Made by a program: the position numbers and the translations under genes
Notes under the pieces: model-generated
Database searches by the model: none
Seen by the model: only the letters and a program-made list of their open reading frames with translations
Told to the model about the DNA's origin: nothing
Source: a virus
Taxonomy: Duplodnaviria; Caudoviricetes
Reading direction: 5' to 3' (one strand)
Virus record (IMG/VR): IMGVR_UViG_3300042546_000489
Span: 1 to 52,453 of that record
Length of the DNA: 52,453 nt
Shown here: positions 36,130 to 45,613 of the stretch, piece after piece
How positions within the stretch are numbered: position 1 is the stretch's first letter
Layout of the letters: each line of letters begins with the position of its first letter

Positions 36130-36734
36130 TGGACATCTACGCGATCACGACGAGCGTCAACTACGCGGACTACCTGGCGATTTGCCTCAACTGCCTCGCC
36201 GGTCAGGTCACGGGCGTCTGCGTTGTCACGGAGACGAACGACGCGAGCATCGCTGTCGCCGAGAAAGCCGAGGCGACGGCGCTGATCTATGACGGGTGGC
36301 ACGCCGACGATGCAGCGTTCAATAAGGCGGGTGCGATCCGGTTCGCCCAGGAGCACCTTCACGCCGCGTACCCGGAGGCGTGGTATCTGCTGATCGACGC
36401 CGACGTGATGGTGCCGACGAACGCACGCCAGATCATCGAGCAGGACGCGACGAATCCCGAGACGCTCTACGGCGCGAGGCGGGTCGATTTCCACACGCCC
36501 GAGCGGCTCATGGACGGCAAGCCGAACAAGGCATACGCCTCGATGTTCGCCGGATTCTTTCAGCTGTACCGGCGGCACGTGCTGTACCCGGAGTGGTCAC
36601 GCACGGCCGAGCTCTGCGACCTGTCGTTCGCGAAGCAGTTCGCGTCGTGCGTCGTGCTGCCGATGACGGTCGGTCACTGCGGCGTCGAGGCGGTCAACTG
36701 GGAGGGGCGGCGTTCGCCGCTCTGGAAATGCTGA
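36129..36734 (+). CDS. GT-A glycosyltransferase-like protein
   Basis: VNYADYL, FNKAGAI, LIDAD, GFFQLY. Confidence 0.72.
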   Translation: MDIYAITTSVNYADYLAICLNCLAGQVTGVCVVTETNDASIAVAEKAEATALIYDGWHADDAAFNKAGAIRFAQEHLHAAYPEAWYLLIDADVMVPTNARQIIEQDATNPETLYGARRVDFHTPERLMDGKPNKAYASMFAGFFQLYRRHVLYPEWSRTAELCDLSFAKQFASCVVLPMTVGHCGVEAVNWEGRRSPLWKC

Positions 36735-37501
36735 CCATCTTCACGCTCGTGCTCAACGGGCAGCCGTACATCGAGCAGCACCTCGCGACGTTTCGCCAGC
36801 TCACGATCCCGTGGCAGTGGCGGATCGTCGAGGGCGTCGCGGCACCGACGCACTGCACCGCGTGGTGTCAGACGATGCCGGACAAGTGGCACCGGGACTT
36901 CGTCAGCGTGGACGGTACGCACGAGTACGTGCGGGCGGTGAACAACACGCCGAACGTGACCTGCTCGTGGCGTCACTCACCGTGGGACGGCAAGATCGCG
37001 ATGATCGCACGCGCCCTCGAAGGCGTCGAAGGCGGCGTCGTCATGCAGGTGGACAGCGACGAGCTCTGGCAGGCGTGGCAGTTGGAGCGGATCTACTGGC
37101 TGATGATGCAGCAGCCGGTGGCGACCGCCGCCCGGTTCGCGTGCCGCTACTGGGTCGGGCCGTCGAAGCTCCTGACGAGCACGACGGGCTGGGCACGCGG
37201 CGACCTCGAATGGCTGCGAGCGTGGCGTTGGGGACCGGGCATGCGGTTCCTCCGACACGAGCCGCCGATCGTCACGGGGTTTGACCGGTGCGTCACGATC
37301 GAATCAACGCAGGCGGCCGGGCTCGTGTTCGATCACTTCGCGTACACGACCGAGCAGCAGATTGCCATGAAGCAGGACTACTACGGGTACACGGGGCTGA
37401 CCGATGCGTGGCATCGGCTCCAGGCGACGAGCGGGCCTGTGAATCTTCAAGAGTTCTTTCCGTTCGCCATCGGGGCGACAGCGGATGACGTGGGGATATG
37501 A
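36728..37501 (+). CDS. GT-A glycosyltransferase-like protein
   Basis: VLNGQPYI, SVDGT, QVDSDELW, DHFAY. Confidence 0.7.
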   Translation: MLTIFTLVLNGQPYIEQHLATFRQLTIPWQWRIVEGVAAPTHCTAWCQTMPDKWHRDFVSVDGTHEYVRAVNNTPNVTCSWRHSPWDGKIAMIARALEGVEGGVVMQVDSDELWQAWQLERIYWLMMQQPVATAARFACRYWVGPSKLLTSTTGWARGDLEWLRAWRWGPGMRFLRHEPPIVTGFDRCVTIESTQAAGLVFDHFAYTTEQQIAMKQDYYGYTGLTDAWHRLQATSGPVNLQEFFPFAIGATADDVGI

Positions 37502-38358
37502 CGACCTACACCATCACCGCCTCCGACATCGAGGCTCACCGCCCCGACGTGCTGCTCCCGCCCGACGAGGAGTTCGTGGAGCAGTACGCCGAAGCCGTGC
37601 GTGTCGGGCGAGAGGTCGCAGCCGATCGCACGGCCTCGCTGGTTGCCATCTGCCGCAATGCCATGCCCTGGCTGCCGCAGACGCTCGGGCTCGTAGAGGA
37701 GACGGGCGCGATGTTCCGCTCGTGGTCGGCGTACATCTTCGAGAACGACTCGTCCGACGAGACGAAGGACGCGCTCGCGGCGTGGGCCGATGGCACGCAG
37801 AGGCAAGTGTCGCTGAACATCAACCACCGGCCGCACCTCTCGCATACGATCGACACCGAGCGGACGGTCGCACTCGCGGAGTACCGCACGCAGTGCCAGC
37901 GGTGGGTGCGGCACGGCGAGCCGTGCGACTATGTCGTCGTGTTCGACTCCGATGCCTGGGGCGGCTGGAGCGTTGACGGCGTCGCGACGAGCGTGGGACA
38001 TATCGAGGCGGCTCGCGGGGCGTCGTGCATGGCGAGCTATTCGTGGGCGGAGCACAACGGGTACGCGATCCACTACGACGCATTCGCGGCACGGTGGAAT
38101 CACTGGCGGCGTCGCGATCAAACGTGGTTCCATCACTGGCACCCGCCTGTCGGCTCGCTGCCGCTGCGATTCAACAGCGCCTTCGGGCAACTGGCGCTCT
38201 ACCGGAGGGACGCCTACCTCGCCATGCGGTACAGCGGCGAGGACTGCGAGCACGTGTGTGCTCATCGCACGATGCCGGGGCGGTTGTATCTCAACCCGTC
38301 GAGCCGGTGCGTCTCCTACTGGACACCACGCGATGCCGGGCAACACGGCGACAATTGA
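37498..38358 (+). CDS. Glycosyltransferase, CAP59/GT69-like
   Basis: ICRN, FENDSSDET, LAEYR, FDSD, SAFGQLALY, CEHV. Confidence 0.68.
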   Translation: MTTYTITASDIEAHRPDVLLPPDEEFVEQYAEAVRVGREVAADRTASLVAICRNAMPWLPQTLGLVEETGAMFRSWSAYIFENDSSDETKDALAAWADGTQRQVSLNINHRPHLSHTIDTERTVALAEYRTQCQRWVRHGEPCDYVVVFDSDAWGGWSVDGVATSVGHIEAARGASCMASYSWAEHNGYAIHYDAFAARWNHWRRRDQTWFHHWHPPVGSLPLRFNSAFGQLALYRRDAYLAMRYSGEDCEHVCAHRTMPGRLYLNPSSRCVSYWTPRDAGQHGDN

Positions 38359-38728
38359 CGCCGCGATCCTGCGCGTGCAGTGGGAATCGCAGATGCCGAT
38401 GGCGGAAATCTGCACCCACTGGACGATTGCGAAAGATCAATTGATACGCCTGCGCGACGTGTGGCATCTGCCGAAACGTCACGACCGCTCGCTCCGCTAC
38501 AAGCCGCCCCGCGACCCCGGCCCCGATGACGAGGAGGAACGGGCGAGCCGCGAGAGCCTGTCGCTGGCTCCGCAGATCGCCGCCCGTGCGACGTGCGTGC
38601 AGGCGCTCTGGACCGAGCAGCAACGCCGCGATCGCACGATGGCGACCACGCCGAGCGGAGGGATGCTGCGGTGGATCAACGCGAAGGACATCGTCCAGCG
38701 GTTCGCCAATGACGAACTGCAAGGCTAG
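38333..38728 (+). CDS. Hypothetical protein, possible HTH
   Basis: MAEICTHWTIAKDQLIRL...LPKR. Confidence 0.5.
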   Translation: MPGNTATIDAAILRVQWESQMPMAEICTHWTIAKDQLIRLRDVWHLPKRHDRSLRYKPPRDPGPDDEEERASRESLSLAPQIAARATCVQALWTEQQRRDRTMATTPSGGMLRWINAKDIVQRFANDELQG

Positions 38729-38747
38729 GGGGGCGAGGTGGCAGACT
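38715..38747 (+). promoter_or_regulatory. Candidate late promoter AACTGCAAGG-N17-CAGACT
   Basis: Repeated motif heading the 38.8-45.6 kb operon. Confidence 0.5.
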
Positions 38748-38772
38748 CGGGGAATCCCCCGGAGTACGTGCC

Positions 38773-39078
38773 ATGGACGCCCGCGAGCTCGGTGCCACGC
38801 CCGACGAGATCACGCAGTACGGCGCGACGCTGTCGTTCTGGGACGCACTGCGGTTGCTCCAGAAGTATTCGCCGGTCGTGAACTACGCCCGTGCGTTCAT
38901 CGGTGAGATCGACCCGTACAAGAAGGGCTTGGTCGTCGCCGATGCGTGCGAGTGGATCGCCCAGCAGACCGACGCGCGGCTCGACGACGAGCTCGTGCGG
39001 CACGTTGCGGCGGTGCTGAAGACCGCCGAGGGCGAGGCGCTGGTCCGGTTCTGCCTCTTCCAGGTCGGGGTGAAGTGA
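38773..39078 (+). CDS. Hypothetical protein
   Basis: GGAG RBS; first gene of the operon. Confidence 0.65.
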   Translation: MDARELGATPDEITQYGATLSFWDALRLLQKYSPVVNYARAFIGEIDPYKKGLVVADACEWIAQQTDARLDDELVRHVAAVLKTAEGEALVRFCLFQVGVK

Positions 39079-39079
39079 G

Positions 39080-39700
39080 ATGACGACCGATGCACTCCTA
39101 CGCATCATCGCCGTCGCTGCTGCGGTTGCTCTGCTCGCTGCGCCGTACGCAGGGTACATCCGCGCTGCGGCCACCGCAGCCGCCGAAGCCATCCGGCAGC
39201 ACAGCGGGATCATCGGGCGTCTGATCGCCGCGAGCCTGCTCATCGCAGCCGCGTGGGGCAAGGTGCCGATGCCGACGCTGCCAGCCGTGGGCGGTGGCGT
39301 GGTCGCTCCGGGGCTCGCCGTCGAGGAGCCGAGTGCCGCCATGCGTGAGACCGTCGAGCCGATCGCAAAGCAACTCCGGGGCATGAGCATCTCGGATCGA
39401 ATGCTCTGGGCGGCGACGTGGTCGAAGGTCGCGCTCGTCGCGGCAGGCGACGTGGCGACCACCGAGGTCGTGTTCTCCGATACCCGTGCCCTGCGGATGT
39501 ACACGGCGCTCAGCCTCGACATCGCGTGGCGACGCATCGGCGGTCACAAGCCGGGCAACGAACCGCTTCGCTCTGCCGTCGAGGCGGCGTACGCACCGGC
39601 GGTCGGTGACGCGATCGTGCCGGTGGACGCCAGCGTCCGCGAGCGGTACGTAGCGTTCTGCCGAGCGGTCGCTTGGGCGGCCATGCCAGCCGGGGGGTGA
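39080..39700 (+). CDS. Membrane protein
   Basis: Two N-terminal hydrophobic helices. Confidence 0.65.
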   Translation: MTTDALLRIIAVAAAVALLAAPYAGYIRAAATAAAEAIRQHSGIIGRLIAASLLIAAAWGKVPMPTLPAVGGGVVAPGLAVEEPSAAMRETVEPIAKQLRGMSISDRMLWAATWSKVALVAAGDVATTEVVFSDTRALRMYTALSLDIAWRRIGGHKPGNEPLRSAVEAAYAPAVGDAIVPVDASVRERYVAFCRAVAWAAMPAGG

Positions 39701-39702
39701 GC

Positions 39703-40641
39703 ATGACCGCCGACGCATTCGTGCCTCTCTTCGGCTACACACCCGACCCGGATGGGGCGGCGGCGTTCGTGTCGTCGCTGCCGCGCCCGACGCTCGCCGA
39801 GGCCGGGCCGAACCTCCAGGCGGCGAACGAGGACGTGTTCCTCGGACAACACCTGCTTGCCTGCATGCCTGCGTGGAAGCGTGGCTCGCAGCCTATCGGC
39901 TCGTGCGTGGGCTGGGGCTTCGCGATGTGCGTAGACGTACTCGCCGCGTGCGATGTCGTCGTGCGTCGCGAGCCCGAAGTCTTCGGCGGTCGCACGATCG
40001 AGGCGAGCGTCTACGGGCTGTCTCGCGTCGAGGCTCGCGGGCGATCGTCCGCGCCGGGCGGCGACGGCTCGACGGGATTCCACGCCGCCAAGGCTGTCCG
40101 AGATTGGGGCGTGCTGCACTACGGTCAGCAGTACGGCGACGTGCGGTTCGATCGCCAGTTCACCGGCACCGAGGAGAAGGCGTGGGGCCGAGACGGTCTG
40201 CCCGACGTGCTGGAACCCTACGCGAAGAAGCGACGCTGCACCGAGGTCACGCTCGTGCGGTCGTTCGACGACTGTGCGAAAGCGATCAGCAACGGATACC
40301 CCGTCGCACTGTGCTCGATGCGTGGGTTCTCGATGCGGTTTGCGGATCGCGGCTCGCTCGGTGGTGGCTGGCTCACGCCAGCCGGGTCGTGGGCGCACTG
40401 CATGATGGCTTGCGCTCTGCGTGTCGATCGCCCTGCCCTGCTCGTGCCGAACTCGTGGGGCAACTGCTACTCGGGTGCGGTGGACGAGCGACTGCCCGAG
40501 GCGTTCCAGCGCACCAGCGGATGGGTGGACGCCGAGGTCATCGACGATATGTGCCGTGGCGGCGACTCCTACGCGCTCGCCGGGTTCACTGGCTTCGAGC
40601 CGACTGTGATGCCGACCGGGTGGCTGCGGGGGATTCTCTGA
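39703..40641 (+). CDS. Papain-like (C1) cysteine peptidase
   Basis: QPIGSCVGW, WAHCM, NSWG. Confidence 0.82.
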   Translation: MTADAFVPLFGYTPDPDGAAAFVSSLPRPTLAEAGPNLQAANEDVFLGQHLLACMPAWKRGSQPIGSCVGWGFAMCVDVLAACDVVVRREPEVFGGRTIEASVYGLSRVEARGRSSAPGGDGSTGFHAAKAVRDWGVLHYGQQYGDVRFDRQFTGTEEKAWGRDGLPDVLEPYAKKRRCTEVTLVRSFDDCAKAISNGYPVALCSMRGFSMRFADRGSLGGGWLTPAGSWAHCMMACALRVDRPALLVPNSWGNCYSGAVDERLPEAFQRTSGWVDAEVIDDMCRGGDSYALAGFTGFEPTVMPTGWLRGIL

Positions 40642-40889
40642 TGCGCTGGCTCATCGTACTCGTCGTCGTCGCGATCGGCTGCGTGGCGTCTCTGCCGCCG
40701 GATGACGTGACCGTATCCGCCGACCTCGCCGCCGAGGCTGCACGCATGGTGGTCAAGATGCGGAGCGAGATCGGCCCGGCACCGAAGCCGGTCGATGAGC
40801 GGTGCTCGAACTGCAACGGCACCGGGAAGATCGGCGACGGGAGGATCGTGATGCAGTGCCCCGAATGCGGAGGCACCGGCAAGCGATGA
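40641..40889 (+). CDS. Exported/lipoprotein-like protein with DnaJ-type zinc finger
   Basis: Hydrophobic leader ending AIGC; CSNCNGTG and CPECGGTG. Confidence 0.65.
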   Translation: MRWLIVLVVVAIGCVASLPPDDVTVSADLAAEAARMVVKMRSEIGPAPKPVDERCSNCNGTGKIGDGRIVMQCPECGGTGKR

Positions 40890-41245
40890 CCCGCGACGAA
40901 CTCTACGAGCACGTGTGGAAGCGACTCCCCATGCGGAAATACATGGTGGGGAGAGAGACCGTCCATGACCTGACGACGCTGGCGATCGAGAACTGGGAGG
41001 GCGAGTACCTGGGCCACGCCGAGAGCGAGGAGGGCCGCGACATCGTCGCGATGTCGATCGCAGGGAAGGTCAAGAGGGCGCATCAGTGGCAGAGCGGTCG
41101 CGAGCCGCAGGAGTACGGCTTTTTCTGGACGCTGATGCTCGGTGCGATCGTCAATGCGATCGTGCAAATCATCGTCAAGTGGTGGCTCGAACGTAGTGTC
41201 AATCGCGTTCTCATGGCGGCGTGGCAACAGGAGTTGACTCGATGA
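40886..41245 (+). CDS. Membrane-associated hypothetical protein
   Basis: C-terminal hydrophobic helix; ATGA overlaps. Confidence 0.6.
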   Translation: MTRDELYEHVWKRLPMRKYMVGRETVHDLTTLAIENWEGEYLGHAESEEGRDIVAMSIAGKVKRAHQWQSGREPQEYGFFWTLMLGAIVNAIVQIIVKWWLERSVNRVLMAAWQQELTR

Positions 41246-41511
41246 CCAGCGAGCAAGTGCAGAGCACGTTCCTCACGATGATCCGAGACTACGGTTTCGC
41301 AACTGTCGTGGCGTTAGCGTGCCTCTACGTCGGCAGACAGGATGTCCTGTTACCCCTCGTGAAGGCGCACTCTCAGTTCCTCGAAAAACTCGCGCAGACG
41401 CAGATCGAGATCGCCGGTGCGGTACAGGAGCAAACCCGCCTGCTCTACGCGCTCCAGCCGGGCGCACGCGAGACGCCGTACAAGGTCAGCGCCCCGGTGC
41501 AGGAGAAGTGA
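41242..41511 (+). CDS. Holin-like single-TM protein
   Basis: YGFATVVALACLY helix then coiled coil. Confidence 0.45.
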   Translation: MTSEQVQSTFLTMIRDYGFATVVALACLYVGRQDVLLPLVKAHSQFLEKLAQTQIEIAGAVQEQTRLLYALQPGARETPYKVSAPVQEK

Positions 41512-41512
41512 C

Positions 41513-41848
41513 ATGGCAGAGTTTTCCCTGCTACCAGGGCAGCTTGCCCTGAAAACACGCCAAGGCGACGAGTTTTCGGCGACCGTCACGCTCTCGCAGG
41601 GCACGGCGGCGTTCAGCCTGACCGGATACACGGTCACGGCGGGCATCACGTCGCTCGTGGACGGCACCAGCGTGGACGACTTTACCTGCTCGGTTGTCTC
41701 GGCGACTGCGGGCACGGTGTCGATCTCCCTGCAAGAGAACGAAACCTCGGCGCTTGCATCGGGTTCGTATGCTTGGTCGTTGCGGTGGATCGCGCCGGGC
41801 GCGGTCACTCGCACCGCACTATCGGGCGTATTGGAGGTGACGCGGTGA
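41513..41848 (+). CDS. Virion structural protein (BppU-like fibre adaptor)
   Basis: QGDEF, LTGYT, GTVSISL...ETSAL...GSYAW. Confidence 0.55.
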   Translation: MAEFSLLPGQLALKTRQGDEFSATVTLSQGTAAFSLTGYTVTAGITSLVDGTSVDDFTCSVVSATAGTVSISLQENETSALASGSYAWSLRWIAPGAVTRTALSGVLEVTR

Positions 41849-42129
41849 GCATCACGGCGAGCGTCTCGGGATCACCGATCACGGCGAGCGTGACCGAAAG
41901 CGGCGCGAGCGTCGCAGTGTCGCCCGTGGCGATCTCGGCGACGGTGCTCGCTGGCATCGGGCCGCAGGGACCGGCGGGCGCGACCGGCGAAGGCGGCGGT
42001 GCGACGAGCCTCGCGACGCTGTCCGACGTGGAGATCACCGCTGCCGCCGACGGCGATGTGCTTCGATACAACGGCTCGAAGTGGGCCGACTACGCCGAGA
42101 TTCAACTCACCGATGGGGGAAATTTCTGA
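41845..42129 (+). CDS. Short fibre-associated protein
   Basis: GPQGPAGATG collagen-like run, LSDV...GDVLRYNGSKW, terminal DGGNF. Confidence 0.65.
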   Translation: MSITASVSGSPITASVTESGASVAVSPVAISATVLAGIGPQGPAGATGEGGGATSLATLSDVEITAAADGDVLRYNGSKWADYAEIQLTDGGNF

Positions 42130-43205
42130 TGCCCAACACAATCCGCATCAAGCGTCGCGCATCGTCCGGTGGTGCCGGAGCGCCCAGCTCGCTGGCGAAC
42201 GCGGAGCTCGCGTTCAACGAGAACTCGAACATCCTCTATTACGGCACAGGAACGGGCGGCGAGTCTGGCTCGGCGACCAGCGTGATTGCGATTGCCGGAT
42301 CGGGCGCGTTCGTGTCGATCACCGAAGTGCGCGCTGCGAACACGGTCCTCGCTGGTCCGACGAGCGGTGCCGCAGCTGCGCCGACGTTCCGGGCGCTGAC
42401 CTCCGCCGACATCCCGTCGCTCTCGGGCGTCTACATCCCGATGACGGGTTCGGCGACGCCGACCGGGACGTACACGTTCAGCGGCACGGTCAACGTCACG
42501 GGTACGTTCCAGGTCGGCTCGACCACCGTCACGTCGAGCGCCGCCGAATTGAACCTCGTAGACGGCTCGATCGCGAACACGGTGGTGAACTCGAAGGCTG
42601 TCATCTACGGCTCGGCCGGTCAGATCGCAGCGACGACGATCACGACCAGCGGCAACGCGACGGTCGGCGGCGATCTCACGGTGACCGGCAACCTGACGGT
42701 CAACGGCACGGTCACGACCGTGAACAGCACAACCGTCACCGTGGACGACAAGAACATCGAGCTCGGGTCGGTCTACTCGCCGACGGACACGACCGCTGAT
42801 GGCGGCGGCATCACACTCAAGGGCTCGACCGACAAGACGATTCTCTGGCTCAACGCGACCGACTCGTGGACATACAACCAGAACATCGAGCTCACCTCGG
42901 GCTACGCCTACCGCATCGACGCCGTGTCAGTGCTGAGCAAGACGACTCTGGGTTCCACGGTCGTGTCGTCTTCGCTCACGAGCGTCGGCACGATCGCCAC
43001 CGGTGTCTGGCAGGGCACAGCCGTCGGCGTCGCCTACGGCGGCACCGGGCTCACGTCCGCACCGCAGGGCTCGGTGCTCGTGGCGAACACGGCGAACACG
43101 TACACCGCGCTTGACGGCGGCGGTACGAACGATGGACTCCTCGCCTACACGGCATCGAGCGACACGATCGCCTGGGCGACGAGCATCGACGGCGGGACTT
43201 TCTGA
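42129..43205 (+). CDS. Tail fibre protein
   Basis: IRIKR...PSSLANAELA N-terminus, GNLTVNGT beta-helix-like repeats, terminal DGGTF. Confidence 0.78.
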   Translation: MPNTIRIKRRASSGGAGAPSSLANAELAFNENSNILYYGTGTGGESGSATSVIAIAGSGAFVSITEVRAANTVLAGPTSGAAAAPTFRALTSADIPSLSGVYIPMTGSATPTGTYTFSGTVNVTGTFQVGSTTVTSSAAELNLVDGSIANTVVNSKAVIYGSAGQIAATTITTSGNATVGGDLTVTGNLTVNGTVTTVNSTTVTVDDKNIELGSVYSPTDTTADGGGITLKGSTDKTILWLNATDSWTYNQNIELTSGYAYRIDAVSVLSKTTLGSTVVSSSLTSVGTIATGVWQGTAVGVAYGGTGLTSAPQGSVLVANTANTYTALDGGGTNDGLLAYTASSDTIAWATSIDGGTF

Positions 43206-43208
43206 CGT

Positions 43209-45308
43209 ATGCCCACGTATCCAATCCAAATCAAGCGCAGCGGAACGGCAGCATCCGCTCCGTCGTCGCTGGCTCACGGCGAGTTAGCACTGAACTACGC
43301 CGACAAAGTGCTGTATTTCAAGGACGCCTCGAACGTCATCCAGTCGTTCACGTTTCAGTCCTACGCGCTCGCGTCACACACGCACTCGATCTCGGATGTG
43401 ACGGGGCTGCAAACCGCCCTCGACGGCAAGGCGTCGAGCAGCCACACGCATTCGATCTCGGATGTGACCGGATTGCAGGCGGCCCTCGACGGCAAGGCGT
43501 CGTCGTCGCACGCCCACGCCGCCAGCGACATCACCTCCGGCACGCTGGACATCGCCCGCATCGCCAACGACGCCGTCACCTACGCCAAAATCCAAAACGT
43601 CAGTGCCACCGACCGCCTGCTCGGTCGCTCGTCGTCCGGTGCAGGCGACGTGGAGGAGATCACCTGCACGTCGTTCGGTCGTTCCTTGATTTCGTCAGCC
43701 GATGCCGCAGCGGCGCGCACCACGCTCTCGGTGCAGCCGACAGCCAGCCCTGCGTTCACCGGCGCGGCGACGTTCGACAACACCGGCAACGTCGTCCCTC
43801 TGACGATCACAAACGCAGGCACCGCAAACTCGTTCGTCGTCAACGACGCGAGCGGGGATACGACGCCGTTTGTGATTGATGCCGACGGCAACGCGGGCAT
43901 CGGTTACTCCACCCCCAGCGACTACGGCAAACTCGTTGTGAGCGGCGGCACGGCCGCCAACGCTCCGGTCGTCACTATCGAATCGACGGCGTTCAACGCA
44001 TCACAGGGCTGCTCGCTGGACTTCGCTCGCGCTGGGTTCACGCAGAAGGTGCAAGCGAGGCTTGCGACGCAAGACAACGGCGCGTCCGCGTCGAACTTCA
44101 TCATCTACACAAAGGCCGACGGCACCGCTGGTGCTCTGTCTGCACGCCTCACCATCTCCTCCACCGGCGTCGCCACGTTCGCGGGGCAGATCGTCGGGCA
44201 GGCGGGGGCGGCGATCTCTGGTGGTGCTGTCACTGTCACGTCGCCACTGCGACTCACAGGCACCGTCGCTGGCAACAACAGAATGCTGGAGTGGCAGACC
44301 AGCGGAACTACGCGATGGCAGGTGTCGGCCCACTTCAACGCCGAATCTGGAAGCAACGCCGGGTCAGACCTCTACGTGAGTCGATGGTCTGATTCTGGCG
44401 TTTTTCTTGGCACTCCTCTCCAGATTCGACGTGACACTGGAATGGTGACGTGCGAGTCAGGGCTGACCGTGCAAAACAGTCCCGTGACGGTTATTGGGGG
44501 CAGCGTCTCAACGTGCAGCGTGGCACCGAGCGGCGATCCCAATACGGGGCTGTATTTTCCGGCGGCGAACGTCGCGGCGGTGGTGACGGATGGAGTAGAG
44601 CGAGTGCGGGTGGATGCGAGTGGACGAGTAGGCATAGGAGTAGCGCCCGGCAGCACTTCGCCGTACGCACTGACCGTCTACAGAGGCTCCGTCGATTCAG
44701 TCATCATGGCGCAGGGCTTGCTCACCGATTCGCCGTTCAATGGGACCGGCAAGTCTGCGGTGCAACTAGACGTGGACGGAAAAGGCGGGTTCGCGTGGCA
44801 AAACGATGCCAGCGGCGGGACTCGCACGCTCAAACTCCTGAGCAACAGCGGATACGGGGCAGGCGATTCGACGCTGATGACCGTGTCGTCCGGAGGAACA
44901 ATCACCGCATCGCAGGTCTACAGCGACACCGTCGGCGCGACGAACCGCGACCTGTTCGTAGACAGCACCGGCAAGTTCGGCTACGTCTCCTCCATCCGCG
45001 AGTCGAAGACCGACATCGTCACGCTGGACGACGTGTCATGGCTTTCCGCGCTCTCGCCCGTCTCGTACCGCTACCGCAAGAAGAACTCCGACGGCACCTA
45101 CAGCGACGAAGCGGACGGCGTCACCGACTACGGTCTGATCGCGGAGGACGTGGAAGCGGTACGGCCGGAGTTGTGTTTCTACGACCAAGTGGACGGCGAG
45201 CCGCAACTGCGTGGCGTCACGTACAGCAAACTCATCACGCCGATGCTGCGGTACATCCAGCAACTGGAAGCACGCATCGCCGCACTAGAGGAGCGACTCA
45301 ATGGCTGA
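43209..45308 (+). CDS. Tail fibre with C-terminal S74 intramolecular chaperone
   Basis: IQIKRS...LAHGELA; SSIRESKTDI, GLIAEDV, terminal coiled coil. Confidence 0.88.
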   Translation: MPTYPIQIKRSGTAASAPSSLAHGELALNYADKVLYFKDASNVIQSFTFQSYALASHTHSISDVTGLQTALDGKASSSHTHSISDVTGLQAALDGKASSSHAHAASDITSGTLDIARIANDAVTYAKIQNVSATDRLLGRSSSGAGDVEEITCTSFGRSLISSADAAAARTTLSVQPTASPAFTGAATFDNTGNVVPLTITNAGTANSFVVNDASGDTTPFVIDADGNAGIGYSTPSDYGKLVVSGGTAANAPVVTIESTAFNASQGCSLDFARAGFTQKVQARLATQDNGASASNFIIYTKADGTAGALSARLTISSTGVATFAGQIVGQAGAAISGGAVTVTSPLRLTGTVAGNNRMLEWQTSGTTRWQVSAHFNAESGSNAGSDLYVSRWSDSGVFLGTPLQIRRDTGMVTCESGLTVQNSPVTVIGGSVSTCSVAPSGDPNTGLYFPAANVAAVVTDGVERVRVDASGRVGIGVAPGSTSPYALTVYRGSVDSVIMAQGLLTDSPFNGTGKSAVQLDVDGKGGFAWQNDASGGTRTLKLLSNSGYGAGDSTLMTVSSGGTITASQVYSDTVGATNRDLFVDSTGKFGYVSSIRESKTDIVTLDDVSWLSALSPVSYRYRKKNSDGTYSDEADGVTDYGLIAEDVEAVRPELCFYDQVDGEPQLRGVTYSKLITPMLRYIQQLEARIAALEERLNG
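43377..43508 (+). repeat. Two tandem 66-bp repeats (HTHSISDVTGLQxALDGKASSS)
   Basis: Copies start at 43377 and 43443. Confidence 0.9.
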
Positions 45309-45612
45309 CATCCACACGCTGTACGCTGCCGAGCCGTTGTCTTACGCAGCCACGTATGACCGCCTGTGGGTCCGCGAGATCGTCGTCTCATCCCAGACAG
45401 GCGGCGAAGCCGAAGCCCGCGTGACGTTGGTCCGATTCCGCACCACCGAGACAGGCGTGGAGGAGGCACCGGCCGAGCCGGTGCGGCTTCATGTCCGCGA
45501 CCTGCTCGCTGGAGCGGAGGCCGACGCGGACCTCGCGGCGGCGGTGGGGGCGTTGATGAACTACGTGGCGAAGGTTGGCGTGGCAGAGGGCGTCGTCGCG
45601 GCGGGCGAGTGA
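45301..45612 (+). CDS. Hypothetical protein, possible fibre assembly factor
   Basis: Coupled to the fibre gene; GAGGAG RBS. Confidence 0.6.
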   Translation: MADIHTLYAAEPLSYAATYDRLWVREIVVSSQTGGEAEARVTLVRFRTTETGVEEAPAEPVRLHVRDLLAGAEADADLAAAVGALMNYVAKVGVAEGVVAAGE

Positions 45613-45613
45613 T

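Noticed and set aside
43377-43508. CRISPR-like repeat
   Set aside because: Two in-frame coding repeats without spacers
42129-45308. Diversity-generating retroelement suggested by Mtd-like fibre N-termini
   Set aside because: No reverse transcriptase and no template/variable repeat pair seen
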